Shown: positions 39,455 to 52,661 of the stretch, in pieces
How positions within the stretch are numbered: the stretch's first letter is position 1
Layout of the letters: each line of letters begins with the position of its first letter
Source: Bilabrum cf. latius
Lineage: Eukaryota
Assembly: GCA_965178125.1 (NCBI GenBank)
Contig: OZ237764.1
Coordinates: 620,001 to 684,000 of the forward strand
DNA: 64,000 nucleotides
Direction: 5' to 3'
Notes under the pieces: generated by a model
Seen by the model: the letters and a program-made list of their open reading frames with translations, nothing else
Databases searched by the model: none
What the model was told of the DNA's origin: nothing
Made by a program: the position numbers and the translations under genes

Positions 39455-41116
39455 ATGTCATTCACTCTGCCGACTAAAGCGTATTCGTCAAAAAGCCTTA
39501 TGGACCTATGTAATGCCGGAAAACAAGAGGAATGTATTCAATACCTTAGACAATACTTCTACCGCACCCACGAGCAAGGTGGCGGGGTGTATTTTCTAAT
39601 AGCATCTGAATTAAATCGGAATAACATAAGTGATGACGAACCCCAGAAACCAGTCTGGTAGTTCCTTACGAATAAAAATATTACTGAAAATTACCTGATT
39701 GGGGGACACTGTATTTACGCGATTGTGGGCAACAAAAGAGTAAAGACTTGGTCAGCACGAGACTGGTTCTTAAATGAGAATACCGACGTATTTACGATTG
39801 TAAGAAAATTTAATTCACCTACCGTGGATTACGACAATCAAACAATTAACGTTATGGGTTCACCTATACTTACACGGGAAAACTGTGGAAACATAGAGGA
39901 TTTATCCGAAGACGCAAAAGCAGGCGCGACTATGATTTATGAACATATCCAGAAGGTGTGGACTTCAGAAGACAAAGAATAGTGTGATTTTGTGATGAAA
40001 TGGTTGGCTCACGTTATTGTGGGCGGAAAGAAGTTGGGAACAGCACTATATTTGAAATCTCCACAAGGAACTGGTAAATCGATGATTATTACCTTCCTTA
40101 TGAGAAAACTACTCGGATATACCCTTACACTATAGACGCTTACACACAAGATGCTTCAACCCGACGCCTTCAACTCAATTCTGGACGGGAAACTATTAGT
40201 CAATTTTAATGAAATTCCAAAAGCCTCGCCAACTATTTGGGACGCCATGTAGGCAACACTAAGAAATCTTATTACGGAAAAACACTTTTCCTGTAATGAG
40301 AAGTTTGTCAAATCCGAAAGTCGTCCGAATACATTCAATCTAATTATTGATACGAATGATAGTCCAATCAAAATCACCGAGGAAATCCGTAGATATTGTG
40401 TTTTGGATGTGAATACATCAAAGAAAGGAGACAAAGAATACTTTACAACACTAAAACGTTTTACAGAAAATCCAGAAGTGGCTAAGGCATTTTATATGTT
40501 ATTGGTTGAAATCTATGATAAATCACCAGACTTTACAGGACAATTCGCACCAAAATCAAAGAATTTTTACAAAGGAATTCTTGATGGCGCACATCCGGTT
40601 TTAAAAATTCTAAAAGAAGAGTGGCTGGACGAAGGCAGAGATTTTAAAATGACAGTCTTGGAATTCCGCAATTATCTAAAGCAGGAACTGAACGGTAGAG
40701 TGAAGAACCTTGGTACACCTATGATTAAAACACTATTGTCAGAGGTAGGTGTTCATTCAACGATGAACAAATAGAGAAAACAAGAATTTAATGTGAAACA
40801 CGCAGACTTACTAAAAGGCTTCCAATCTAAATTTTAGGCACTTCGTCATTCTGCTGAGATGGAAAAAGCAAAATCCGAGGTAGATGTTCTTCGAGAGTAG
40901 ATTAGAGAACTACAGAAACAAGTCGCATAGCAGTAGGAAACGATTGAATAGTTGGAATTAGAAAAGGAGATTACACCGACGGAACAAGTCCATAAGAAAA
41001 TCCAGAAACAGCTGAGTGTTGAGAATAGCATCGCTATTCAAAAATGGATAAAAGAGAACCCACCAAAGAACAAAAAAGGAAAACTTTCCAAATTCCTCTG
41101 TAAAATTGAGAAGTGA
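39455..41116 (+). CDS. SF3 (D5-like) helicase (inner)
   Basis: Walker A KSPQGTGKS, LVNFNEI, NLIIDTN, IRRY; open across TAG to TGA. Confidence 0.85.
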
Positions 41117-41173
41117 GTGAGTTCGTACCTTAAGAATAATTATCGTATTCTATAATATAATAGATACTATAGA

Positions 41174-43015
41174 ATGCCCGAAATCGATTTTACGGAACCC
41201 CAAAGAACCAAATTGCGTCTTAATGGGAAACCAATATGGAGTATGCGATTTGAGAGCGAGGACCTTATCACCGTAAAAAATGTCTTGGAATTTATTCGTG
41301 ATTACGACGATGGTGGTGAAAATCCGTTTGATGACTTTAAATTTAAGGTGAATATCAATTACCAAGATACAGGTTGGCGAACACGAAGCACTTGGATTAC
41401 TACAGATGATTTAGAAAATCAAGATAGTTTATGGGCGGGCTACGAAGACGACGATGACGACGAATATAGAAAATTGAATTCTTTTGAACTACTGCTTATT
41501 AGAAAGCCAGAACCAGAAGGCGGTGCTGACGAACATAACGATTGTTTATATAACGCTATAAAACAGGCTTTTCCTTTTTCAGTTGGTCGTAAGGTAAATG
41601 TAAAGAGCGCAAAAGGCAAATGGAAAACTACTATTAAAAGATTGTCGAAGTCCGACCTCAAAGAACTCTTGAAAATTGGACGTGATGACCCCGTTGATTA
41701 CAGAAGAATACCAGAGATAGAAGACGAACTTCAAGTACGCATTCATGTTGTAGGCGACTTTGAATACACATCTGGAAAAACTCATTTTGACCGTCTTCTA
41801 ACTGTTTCATTAACAAATGGGCATTACAAGTATGTTCCCCCCATTAGTTAGAAAGAATTATTTACACCGCCGTCTAAAGAACCGTGTACGCTAATTACCC
41901 GCTTGTATCAATCCGAGAATTCTTATTTACTATTTGATGGAGACCGTGAGTATCAATCAGAAGGCATTACATCAGTTTCCAAGGATAAATTCATCTTTGA
42001 AGTCAAGTCCAAGGAAGAACTAAGAACAAAACACGAAGAACGGATGAAAAATGTAAGGGCATTAGCGAAGGAGACGGGTGGATATATGGATTTATCACGA
42101 TTTATGTTTAGAACATCCCTATTTGTAAAGTCGTATTTCAGTAAGTTTTCCAAACTTTACCCTGCCGACCCGATTGACCAAGTTGAAGCACTATGGATTT
42201 CTAAAGCCTCGGGTGGTGGATTGAATTGGGCAAACAAGAATACTACATTAAAAAACGCATACCAGTACGATATTAACTCATTTTATCCAAGTATTATGAA
42301 GGGTACATTTACATTTCCGGTTAGAAGGGGTAAGTTCGTAAAATTTGAAGTACCTTCAAGTGGTTTCTATCCGTACGGCATTTTTAGGGTACATATTGAA
42401 AATATCAATTCTAAATTGGTACAAAAAAGAAAAAACAATTATTATACCCAATATGACATTAACCGAGCGATTGAGACGGGCGCTTAGGTGTCTCTGATTG
42501 AAGACGGTGAAGCCAACGCTTTACTTTACGATGAGACAACAAGGGTGAAGGCAAATGGACTGTTCAAAACGATGATTGAGCGATTGTACGGTTATAAAAA
42601 ATAGGGATTGAAGTGTGCGAAGGAGATACTAAATAATATTTGGGGTTCTCTATGTTAGAAAAACACAATCACAAAAACACTCCGAGATGGTGATTGTATG
42701 AATTTTAGACAATTAAAGAACGCGTATCCTAAAGCATCTGGACGACTTGTATCGGGTATACTATATGACGAAGAGTACGATTACAAAACAGCCTACGCAA
42801 GAATGGGCCCCTTTCTGACTGGACTTGGACGAAGTAAATTGTCCAAAATGATTGAGCCATATCTTGAAAACATTCACTATGTCAACACGGATGGTTTCAT
42901 TAGTGAGAAAGAATTACCTCTAAAGTTATCAACGAACCTTGGGGGTATGAAGTTGGAGCAATCAGGTGAATGTCAAATTATTCACAGTAAGAAGAAAATT
43001 TTTAGAAAAGATTGA
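41174..43015 (+). CDS. Family-B DNA polymerase-like protein (613 aa, inner)
   Basis: YDINSFYPSIM, KEILNNIWGSL, YVNTDGF; three track ORFs in one frame. Confidence 0.85.
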
Positions 43016-43016
43016 A

Positions 43017-43289
43017 TTAAATAGTCTGCTTTTCCTTTAGTCTCTAAATTTCCTATCGCAAACTATCAAGTTCATCCATAATATTAATTTGTTCCCTTTT
43101 TGTGTCTTCCTCTTTTTGAAGCCAATCAAGGTGTTTTTTGGTTCTACAATGATGTGATTTATTGTACTTCTTATATACACCACCACAGGAACACTTTATC
43201 TATTCTCCAAGTTTTTCCTTGTTTTTCCGGTAGTATTCACGGGCATACAGCTTATCCTGTTCTTTTCTTTCTGAATGACTGAGTGTCAT
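43017..43289 (-). CDS. Small zinc-finger protein (inner)
   Basis: IKCSCGGVYKKYNKSHHCRTKKH. Confidence 0.7.
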
Positions 43290-43330
43290 TTTTGTATTCT
43301 ATAGTATTATACTATAGAGTTAGATTTAAG

Positions 43331-43972
43331 TCATACATTCTACCAAGCAATTTTTAGAGCATCACTTTTCCCATATCCTCTACCTCTTAACTACTGAGCG
43401 ATTTTCATTGCTAGTTTTGCTTTTGGGTTTTTCCGACGGCGCCTCCCTTTTCCAGTTTTTTGTGGTTTAAAACTCTACTTCGCTCTTTCGTTCGAGCCCC
43501 AATCAGGCACTTCACCACCCATTCGCATTACTCTAGCCTATCTCGATGATAATAGTTCTTTCTAACTATTTCCCTTCTCTCTAGCATCAAAAAATTCACG
43601 CATAGTATCTCTCCGTTCTGACGCATATTTTCTATGAATTGCCTAATTAAAATCATCAAGTGTTGTGTCGTGTTGCTCGTGTAGTGATGGTGATAAGAAT
43701 TTTAGTATACCCACGTCATAATCACCATCACTATCTTTGTCAATTCCTAGCGTATCAAATTCTTGTTCGGTCTTTTCGGCGAGCATTTCCATCATTTCCC
43801 TTTCCTAAGGGTTTACATATACACGATTAGCGTACTTTTCCCCTATACTCTAGTGCTTCCTCAATCCTTTCAAAATTGCTAGTGCTTGTCTAGCGTCTTT
43901 CCCCAAACTCTGATGTGGCTAACTAGCCAGTAAATGTAGTTGTTCTTCGGTATAATCATCAACACCCGCCAT
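43331..43972 (-). CDS. Hypothetical protein with basic C-terminus (inner)
   Basis: Open across TAG to TGA; tail LRGRGYGKSDALKIAW resembles LRGKGISKKTALK*AW of the adjacent gene. Confidence 0.6.
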
Positions 43973-43992
43973 TTACTATACACAATCATAAA

Positions 43993-45249
43993 TTAATCAT
44001 ACGCAAACATTTTCCAAGCCTACTTAAGTGCTGTCTTCTTGGATATTCCTTTTCCTCTTAAAATGGACGCCATTTTCATAACTCTTGAACGTTTTGTTTC
44101 ACACTGACATTGACCTCCAAATATTTCCAGATACATACCCGATACTGGGTCATTCGTATGCGAATGGATTTCTTTCATAATTGGTCTTCCAACTGTTTTA
44201 GTTGCTAAATCCCAACCTTCCTTAAAATCTTGTCCAAAATCCCTTTCTGTGTTCTACTTATGCTTTTCCTAATTTTTTCTTAAAGCGTTTCTTACATCTT
44301 CCGGTAAATCATCTAAACCTCTCCCGAACCATTTGGAAAAATACCCAGCCACATCAGTAGCAGCATTAGCCACTCTCTTAGTAAATCCCGATACGTTCTT
44401 AGCAATACTCTCTACATCCTACATAATAAATTGGTTTAAGGGTGGTGTCAAAAACCCATTTGTGCGTAGAACATCCTAAATGAACTTTTGACAATTCAAC
44501 GAGAAAGCACGATACTAATAAAAATTGTATTCTCCTATTTTCTGTAAAGTGGTTTCATATAATTCCCTTACTGTTTTCTAAGGTTTTCCATTAATATTTA
44601 CTTCCATAGTTTGTGTTTTCTTGTTGGTGGAAAATCTTGAGGACAAATTAACCCTCTCATTCTTCTCAAGATAAATCTTTTTTCCACCTCCAAGGTTCAA
44701 CTCTAAGGCTAAGTGAAAAAAATCATTATATCCGTGTTTATTTTTTAACTTTTTCATTTTTCCAAGGGTAATCCAGTTAAGCAACCGATTAATCGCGCCA
44801 CTAATGGGGGTTCTAATTACTTTCATAGCTATAATTGTTCTATCCCCGTATTGCTGTAGTGTTCTCTGGACTTCGTTTGAATTCCCATACACTACTCCAC
44901 CCTTAAGCTGTTGCGCCAGCTAACTGCGCCGAGAGGGGGTGCTTCGCAAACCATCTTTTAAATACTAATGAAGTGTGTTGGATTGTGTGGATTTCTTCTA
45001 GGATTTCTTTTTTGGTTTTCCTTTTGTTCCCACACCATCTTTAAGCTGTTGCGCCAGCTAACTGCGCCGAGAGGGGGTGCTTCGCACACCATCTTCAAAC
45101 TTAATTGCTTTTTCAAGGGCTTCTTTAGAATAAGGATGTTCACTTTTCCATGTCCTTGTTGTTTTACTCTTTGGTTCTTTGACACTAATGTACGTCTTAA
45201 CAAAACCAGAATTCATTTTTCCGCCACTAAGTGTATAAAAACTATCCAT
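43993..45249 (-). CDS. Protein with putative permuted papain-like domain (inner)
   Basis: FFHLAL..LEKN..Y*YRAFSLNCQKFI (His...NC order); one frame from 45249 across TAG to TAA. Confidence 0.55.
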
Positions 45250-45274
45250 TTAGTATAGGCTTGTATTAAAAAAC

Positions 45275-45892
45275 TCATAGACGACTTCCAAGACCGAAGG
45301 TTTTCCGGACGAATTCCTCCAGTTGCTAAAAGGATGAATAGACACAGTACTAACTCTAATGTAATCCAGCGATTAAATTCGTTCTTGAGCGTTCTACAGA
45401 CAATAAGTCCCCCGATTTTTTCCCTTCACGGATTTCCTCAAAAAGACTGTGAGAAGGCACACACACAAAAATTGAACTTTCCTTAAATAAATCTTTCGCT
45501 AATTCCAACGAACCAACCATAACAATTAAACGCCTGGATTTCTTTGTGAGCCAATCCGCTTTAATTTTTTCATACACTAATCTTGACTAAGAGTAATAAA
45601 AGAGACGGTGGGTGCTTTCATCACCATCAATTAGCATTTTCTCCATTTTCTATTTTTCCTACCCTGAAATCTAACCATTTACGCATTCATCTAAGTCAAT
45701 GACCAAAGTGTCTTTATCAACACTTTCTATAGAGCGACACAAAGTAGTTTTCCCAGAGCCTTTTGGAACAACCACGCAGGATTTCTGTTTCTAAGTTCCG
45801 TCTTTCGTCCACCAAGAATATAGACACCGACTACCAGAATACATTAAAGGAGCCAAAGTCCCAGCAACCATTACAGCAGATGATACTGACAT
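45275..45892 (-). CDS. P-loop protein with hydrophobic N-terminus (inner)
   Basis: VVVPKGSGKTTL, LVIDLDE; homolog of 35208-35825. Confidence 0.7.
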
Positions 45893-45947
45893 TGTTTTGA
45901 TATACTATATACCAAGACAAATATTTATTGGTTTACCCTTTTCATAC

Positions 45948-47714
45948 TCAAGCTTGGAGCATAGCGAGTAATTGATTGCGAGAGAGAGATTTACCACCTG
46001 TTAATCCAGAACCCAACTTGGCACCTGTTAAGCCCTTGCCTTTCTTGGTAGTTTTTCGGGGTTTCCTTTGGCGTCCCATACCAGCCATTTCACCCACCAT
46101 TTTAGCGGTGTCAAATACCTACTTACCATCCTTTAATACTTTTTTGAGATTGCCTTTCTTTACCCAATCAGCGGTTTTGTGTGCGAACTTTTTTAAGGCG
46201 TGTCTAATCTTTTTCCCAAGACCGCGACCGTGTAGTCCTGATAATTGACTTTCATATACTACGGGTAGTTTAGAGGCGGAAAGAACATCTGCCCGTGAGA
46301 TGACACCCTGCTAATACTCAATCTTAGAACCATCAATCACATTCATTACTCCTTCGTACAATCCCACAACCACACACTACACATTTTGGTAATCTACAAC
46401 ATCATTATTCTTCACTCGTAGGGTGATAGACAATTGGTTAGAGCCGTTGCTTCCATTTGTCTAATCTACATCTAGGCTCAAATCCTTGGCGGGGTCGATG
46501 GAGAGAATTGCGCCTGATAGCACCCTATCCCCGAATTTACGCATAGCCCATTCCGCGTATTGCTATTCAAGTCCATTGCTTCTGGATAAGTCCCATAGCT
46601 ACTGAGGTGAAGCATCTGCGAGTAATCCACTTTGGTTATTCATCTCAATAGATATTCCCTCAATTCCAAGGAATGTGTTTCCCTAATCTACTGAGACGCT
46701 GGTAGGTGAGCGACGGGCAAACACAAATAGACGAGATGGAACTGAATTGCTAAGTTTAATATTGTTGTTCGTAAGAGTTGCTGTTGTTCCTGCGCTGATT
46801 GTTGCACCATAGCTTTGAGTATATGAAGTCATTTCAAAAATATCATAGGATACCTGTTTTGGAAGGACAAACCCTGTTTTAGGGGTAATCTATTCAAGGT
46901 ATAAATAGGGGTTCTGGACATCTACCGACTAAACGGTAGCAGTTAAGTCCTATTGTGGAATACGAGACCACACGGTTCTACTCAGTTGCGACCAATTGAT
47001 ATCCAAGGAAAGAGTTTCTAAACCGAAAATGGCTGGTTGTTCCTATTTACTTTCGTAATGGAAAGGTGGGCAAAGAACCGCCTCAGTACATTCAAAGACA
47101 AGAACACGATTTTGCGTTTGACCTGCGGGCACTGGAGTGTTATCCATTTGAACCAAGTTATAAAATCCACTTCCTCTTGCGGGTTGGTCCTAAAGCACGT
47201 CCTCATACGAAGCAAGAGCGTTATTTGTAGCCTAACTCATCATCGCGTATGAAGGCACATTGTCGCGTCTATACACACTATCAAGGCAATTCACACGATG
47301 AACATCATCATCTAAACAATGGGACACTACGTCCATTATTTCCGCGTTATTCTAAGTAAAGCGAATGTTATTGATACCAACTGTCTGTGTTGCAATGGAG
47401 CGATTAAGTGGATATGAGCGTGGAGCATCGTAATCTGGTGTAAATGGTACGAGAGCACCTGCGGTTTGATTATTCACGGAAAAGGTAATGGAAAAACGGC
47501 AAGACACGTATGCGCGGCGGCATAAACCTACACCTGAAGGCATACTAATATTCCAATTCACACCTGAATTATAATTACCGGCTGAACCAGATGGAGCGTA
47601 TCTGCGAAACGTTCGGTTCTCATAACCTTCTTGAACTTCATAAGGCTTTGGTTGTACGTCTAATGTTGCGGGAGATACTTTGACTGGCTGAAGGGCAAAT
47701 GTATTCAATGACAT
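45948..47714 (-). CDS. Major capsid protein (588 aa, inner)
   Basis: DAPRSYPL, SVPSRLFVFARR, Gly-rich basic tail (GKGLTGAKLGSGLTGGK); follows penton. Confidence 0.85.
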
Positions 47715-47792
47715 TTTTGTTTTCCTTGTATATTATATACAACGAATAAAATTCTATGGGGTCGCGTCCCCATCCGACGAATTATCATTTTT

Positions 47793-48908
47793 TCAAAGTC
47801 CTTTCCGTTTCTTAAATAAAAACTTCACACTCACACTTCCGTGGCGTAAATAAAGAGGTCTTAGATTTGAATAATTGTCTTTCCAATATAGATTAAACTA
47901 AATCCTATCTACTGAATGTGTATCTAAAAAATCAATTTCGTGGAGAATATGGGGCTGGTATTGAAGAACCTGCTAATTAACTGTTTCAGTATCATCTAAT
48001 ACACAATCCATATCCACTAATAAACTCTCGGTCCCTGAACCTGAATTTTGAACTGTATTAGTGGATTGTCCATAGGCGGATTTCTAGGATATTGCCTCAC
48101 TCCTCACTGGAAGACTTGAAGATGTGAAAACTATTCCGCGAAAAATCTAAAACTACACTAAACTCCCTCGTTCCTAGGTCATCATTAATCTGTAGTCTCC
48201 CGTTGGGTTTCCCTCGAAGTATGCCTAAGGTTCATATTTTCCAACAGAAGAGCCATCATCGAATAAAACATTGGTTCCTAGGGTTTTGAATAGAATACTG
48301 GCGTATAAGTCGTCATCTTGGATATCCATTCGTTCCATAGGAAAACCCGTCATCAGTTCGTTAAGGGCTTCATTCAACACTAATTTAAATTTCTGTCCTG
48401 AGTTTTCCTCGTCGTAATCGGGGTTTGCTACTAAACTGAACTTTCCATCTTTAAAGAGTAAAACCGGAACTGATGTAATATCCGCTGATAAAGCATTCTA
48501 TATGGTTTCGTTGAATAAATCAACAAAATGCTACACGGAATACATATAATAATAAGGAACAAACTACATAGGATTGGAAAAAGATGGTTGGTTTTCCCCT
48601 GTTAACTAGGGTCTCCACTGAATGCTTGAGGTCCACAAACTTACTCCGTCTTCATCTGTAATGCTTATTCTATACACCGTTTGATTAGGATTTGAAGATG
48701 GATTTTTCACTTTATCGGTTTCTATGTGTGGAACCCATAAAGGTATTGAATTGGTGCTTATGGAAAACCGGAATACTGACATCGTATAATCACCAACATC
48801 CTTATCTAATAATGGCTACTTGCGGGTTTCGCTATAGGTCGCTGGTTGGAAAGTATCTTCGTTATTTCGTATGTTTGCGGTAATGTAAAATCGGTCTGGA
48901 GAACTCAT
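47793..48908 (-). CDS. Penton/minor capsid protein (371 aa, inner)
   Basis: ATYSETRK*PLLD..DYDVSIFRFSI; YWKD..PLYL..SVKFLFKK. Confidence 0.85.
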
Positions 48909-48964
48909 TTTACTATAGACGTTTATAATTATGGGGTGGGTTTGATTACTTTTCTAAAGTATAA

Positions 48965-49456
48965 TTAAGATGGTGTAATAAGTGAACCTGACACTAAGGA
49001 TTTCCAACTAGATGTAGAAGAACTGCCAATCGCCACATAGACATCGTTGTCGCTTCCATTATACACTAAAGCGCCCTTGAACTTTCGCTCTGCTGACGTA
49101 TTAATAGGGGTAGAAGCGTCAGCCAATGTAGCTCCAGCAACCTCACTCAGCCCAACAACACCCTCTTGAGAAGTCTTGAATGAACCAACTAGTGAAATAT
49201 CGCATCTTTCTCCTTCTTCGCTCATACTGAACTGACAACCAGCAGACGCTCCGTTTTTTCCAAACCGTAGAACAGTTTCACCCCACTCCATATAAGGCTC
49301 TCCGTCTTTGAATTCAATACTTGGATTGCCTATGACTGCTCCCGTAGAGTTAGTAATTGCGGACACTTTAATTGCGTCGCTACTCACAACATTACACGTA
49401 ATAGTTTGAGACATAAGGTCTAGACTGTTCTTAGATAGAAGATTTGAGACTGACAT
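48965..49456 (-). CDS. Putative fibre/spike-like protein (inner)
   Basis: N-terminal/central similarity to 20601-21122 with a different C-terminus. Confidence 0.5.
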   Translation of the reverse strand: MSVSNLLSKNSLDLMSQTITCNVVSSDAIKVSAITNSTGAVIGNPSIEFKDGEPYMEWGETVLRFGKNGASAGCQFSMSEEGERCDISLVGSFKTSQEGVVGLSEVAGATLADASTPINTSAERKFKGALVYNGSDNDVYVAIGSSSTSSWKSLVSGSLITPS

Positions 49457-49521
49457 TTTATAGTATATCCACAGATATAATTTTTATCAGGTTGCCAAAA
49501 GATGTATATAAGAGGTTTTGG

Positions 49522-50703
49522 TCAATCTTTTCCTAAAAGATGTAATAGTTCCATAGCAACCTAATGATGAATATTTTTAGTGCTTCCTTTTACTTTCTTG
49601 GCTACATTCATTGCTGTATCATAGATAATTCTTTTTCCACCTGTTAATCCTTTCCCCTTTTTTGGTTTTCCACTTTCTCCTACAGTCATTGCGCGTGATG
49701 GTGGGTCTTCTAAATCAGGCTACTACATTCCATAGGGCGGACTAAACCCCGTAAATCGCTACACAGGTCTAGTAGCACGTTTTCCAATTCCCTGCTCAAT
49801 TTCCATCCTACTCGGCATATCATAGTACTCACCAGTTTCTGGGTCCCACGCCCCCGGAGTGCTTCCTTGCGGTAGTGGTCTTTCATTGCTCGCTGCGGCT
49901 AATATGGCATCTAAGTCTTTTGATGTTTTTGACGCATTACTACTTGAACCCTCTTGAAAATGCTAAAACATATTTGTCTGCCCCTGTGATGTTCTTTGTG
50001 AGAAATTCTTTCCCTATTCTAAATCCCACGCTATTCGTTGTTTTTCAGTTAAGGGTCTGTCTTGTTGTATTCTTTCTCTGGCTCTTTCCAATAACTATTT
50101 ATACGCACCCGAAGACCTTTTTGGAAGCTGTACTTGTGTTGGAGCGGAAAACGTGTTTCTTCTTGTTGTTCGAGCAGGTGTTTGTAAAGATGTTGGCTAC
50201 TAATCAATTCCCAACATTCCCTACGGTATTCGTTGTCCGGATGCCTCCTATATAACTTTCCCTAATTCTAAGAGTTGTTTTCTATCCTCAGCTGGAACTC
50301 TCTGCAGTCCTTCGTATCCTTTCCTTTGAAACCTCTCTATGTTAACGTATTGACGGGCGAGTTGTTGCTTCATTTGTGGAGACATATTGATATTACCAAC
50401 AAAATCCTTCAATGCTTTCACTGCTGGACTTACATTTTTACCCTCAATAATACCTTTCATTATACCAGATATTGACTTAGATATGATTTCCTCGTTGCTT
50501 TGGTCTGCCTATTTTCTCTACGCTGGAGTTCCATACCTTCCACTTTCTTTTAATCGTTCAATTTTTGCCCTTTTCCTTATAAAATCACTATATTCTGTTT
50601 CTAAATCTACGTCGTCTCTTGCCTATAAATCTAACATTTTAGCATTGTCCAGTTCCCTCTCTAGGGCTTGCTGAATAAGAGCATTCACTTTAGCAGTTTT
50701 CAT
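49522..50703 (-). CDS. Hypothetical protein (393 aa, inner)
   Basis: Contains track ORF 50248-50460; appears open across TAG to TGA. Confidence 0.6.
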
Positions 50704-50763
50704 TTACTATAAGCTTTTATAAAAAGCTTGGCCAAAAAATAAATTATGTTCATGTATAGTATA

Positions 50764-51003
50764 ATGGATATTGATAAGTGGATTATATAGAGAACCAAAC
50801 AACTCGCGCTATAGAAAGAACAAGACGCTTTAAATAGAGTTAAAAACAAACATATTAAAGTTGGAAAAGGCCGTAGTAAGCCTAAGCGGAAAGTGAGCGC
50901 CAAAATGAAACGCCGCAATAAACTTGTAAAAATGGTGATGTAGTAGACTGGTATGAGTTTACCTCAAGCAAGTCGGTATATACGAGAATAGAATATTATT
51001 TAA
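50764..51003 (+). CDS. Small basic putative core protein (inner)
   Basis: RRNKLVKMVM**TGMSLPQASRYIRE; similar to the C-terminus of 32626-33015. Confidence 0.6.
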
Positions 51004-51032
51004 AGAAACTTTTAGAAAAAGTTTGACCAAAA

Positions 51033-51935
51033 TTACATAAGGTAAGCCTACTTTTCTCCTAATAAATACCTCGGGTAATTCCTGTGGACACATACCCACC
51101 TAGAAGGCATTTTTAAGACTTTAGAGATTTCTTGTTTCTCAAGTCCTATATAATTTTTTAGTAAATACCTTAGAGAATGTGCGGAAGAACACTAAGGGAA
51201 TATAACGAACTTATGACTTTCCGCAAGAATAATTCGGGTACTTTTATAGTTGGTAGATAAATGACTTGTGATTAATACAGAAGTATTTGAATGTCTTCCA
51301 ACCTATAATATTTCATCCTGTAAATGATTGAGGGCTTCCCTTAACTTCTTATCTTTGATTGTATCAATATCATCCAAGATTACTAAGGCGTCCCTTAATT
51401 CCTAATGAATATCAATCGGGTTCTCCACCAGTTCCTCATTTAAAATAATCCTTTTCAGTCCTTTCACTTCATCTAAGACTTTATCCTACTATACTCGTGA
51501 AAATAAAATAATTCTCCTGTTTGGAAACATTCTATGATAATTCTTAGCATACTTGGAAACCCAAGTAGACTTCCCAGCACCTGATGGTGCGGTGATATAT
51601 ATTACCTCTCTTCCGTTTAAATTTGGTAATGATTGGAATTCACCCTATTTTAATGTAATCTCTTTATGTTTCTTTTCCTATGCTTTTTCATACAAGTATT
51701 TGATGTCTTCGTCTAGGGGTTCGACCTGTTTGATTAAGTGTCGTGCTAATAAATCCATTTTCCTCTGCGGAAATCGTTTCCCTGTAAGTGATGATACTTG
51801 AAAATCCTAAAATGACATACTATCATCTCCAAATTGGTTGTCTGTGTTTTCCGCCGTGTATAAAATACGTTTTCCGTGAGTGTCATATGCGATGGGTGTT
51901 GATTTTGTAGTTTCCTTCCAAGAAAAATGAGCCAT
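51033..51935 (-). CDS. Packaging ATPase (inner)
   Basis: YITAPSGAGKST, LVILDDID, IGRH. Confidence 0.9.
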
Positions 51936-52124
51936 TTTAGTGTATTTACTATATGTTTTTATTTTTTCTAAAGTGTTTTGTCTTTTTGTTGAAAACTTAT
52001 TTTGAATGATTGTCTTTTATGCTATCCACAAATTCCAAAACGGATTTTGTAGAAATACTTCTACGCTTAAATAGTGGTTAAGAGAATTCATCTCCCCCAA
52101 TATATGTTTCTATAATAAATATAT

Positions 52125-52661
52125 ATGGATTATGCTCTTAGCGATAGTGATATTCGTGTTCTCCTCCAAACTCCACCAAATATTAAGGGGTTTCTTCCTA
52201 CGTCGGTAAACATCGTTCCATATACAGAATTAGGATAGTACAATAGTATTGATGGATTATTTAGTCGTTGTAATTGTTGTATCATTCTATACCAAGAAGA
52301 AATAAATTCTGGACACTGGGTGTGCTTATTTAAGCGTAATAAAACAATATACTTCTTTGACAGTTATGGAATTCGTCCTGATAGGCAATAGCACACAATG
52401 AGTGAAAGCGTGCGGAAACGTTTTTATGAAGACCCTGAGTTAATATATTTAATGTATCATTCTCCGTATAAGATTGACTATAACCCATATTAGTTTTAGG
52501 CGGATGGAATGGATATAGCAACCTGCGGGAGACATTGTATAGTTCGTCTTTGGAATAGGGGAAAAAACGCTGATTAGTATAAAAAGTGGGTGGATAAGGT
52601 TTGTAAGAAACATACATTAAATCCTGATGAATTAGTGTATTTATTGACGTGTCATTTATGA
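52125..52661 (+). CDS. Maturation cysteine protease (inner)
   Basis: SGHWVCL, FFDSYG, YNPY*F*ADGMDIATCGRHC. Confidence 0.9.
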
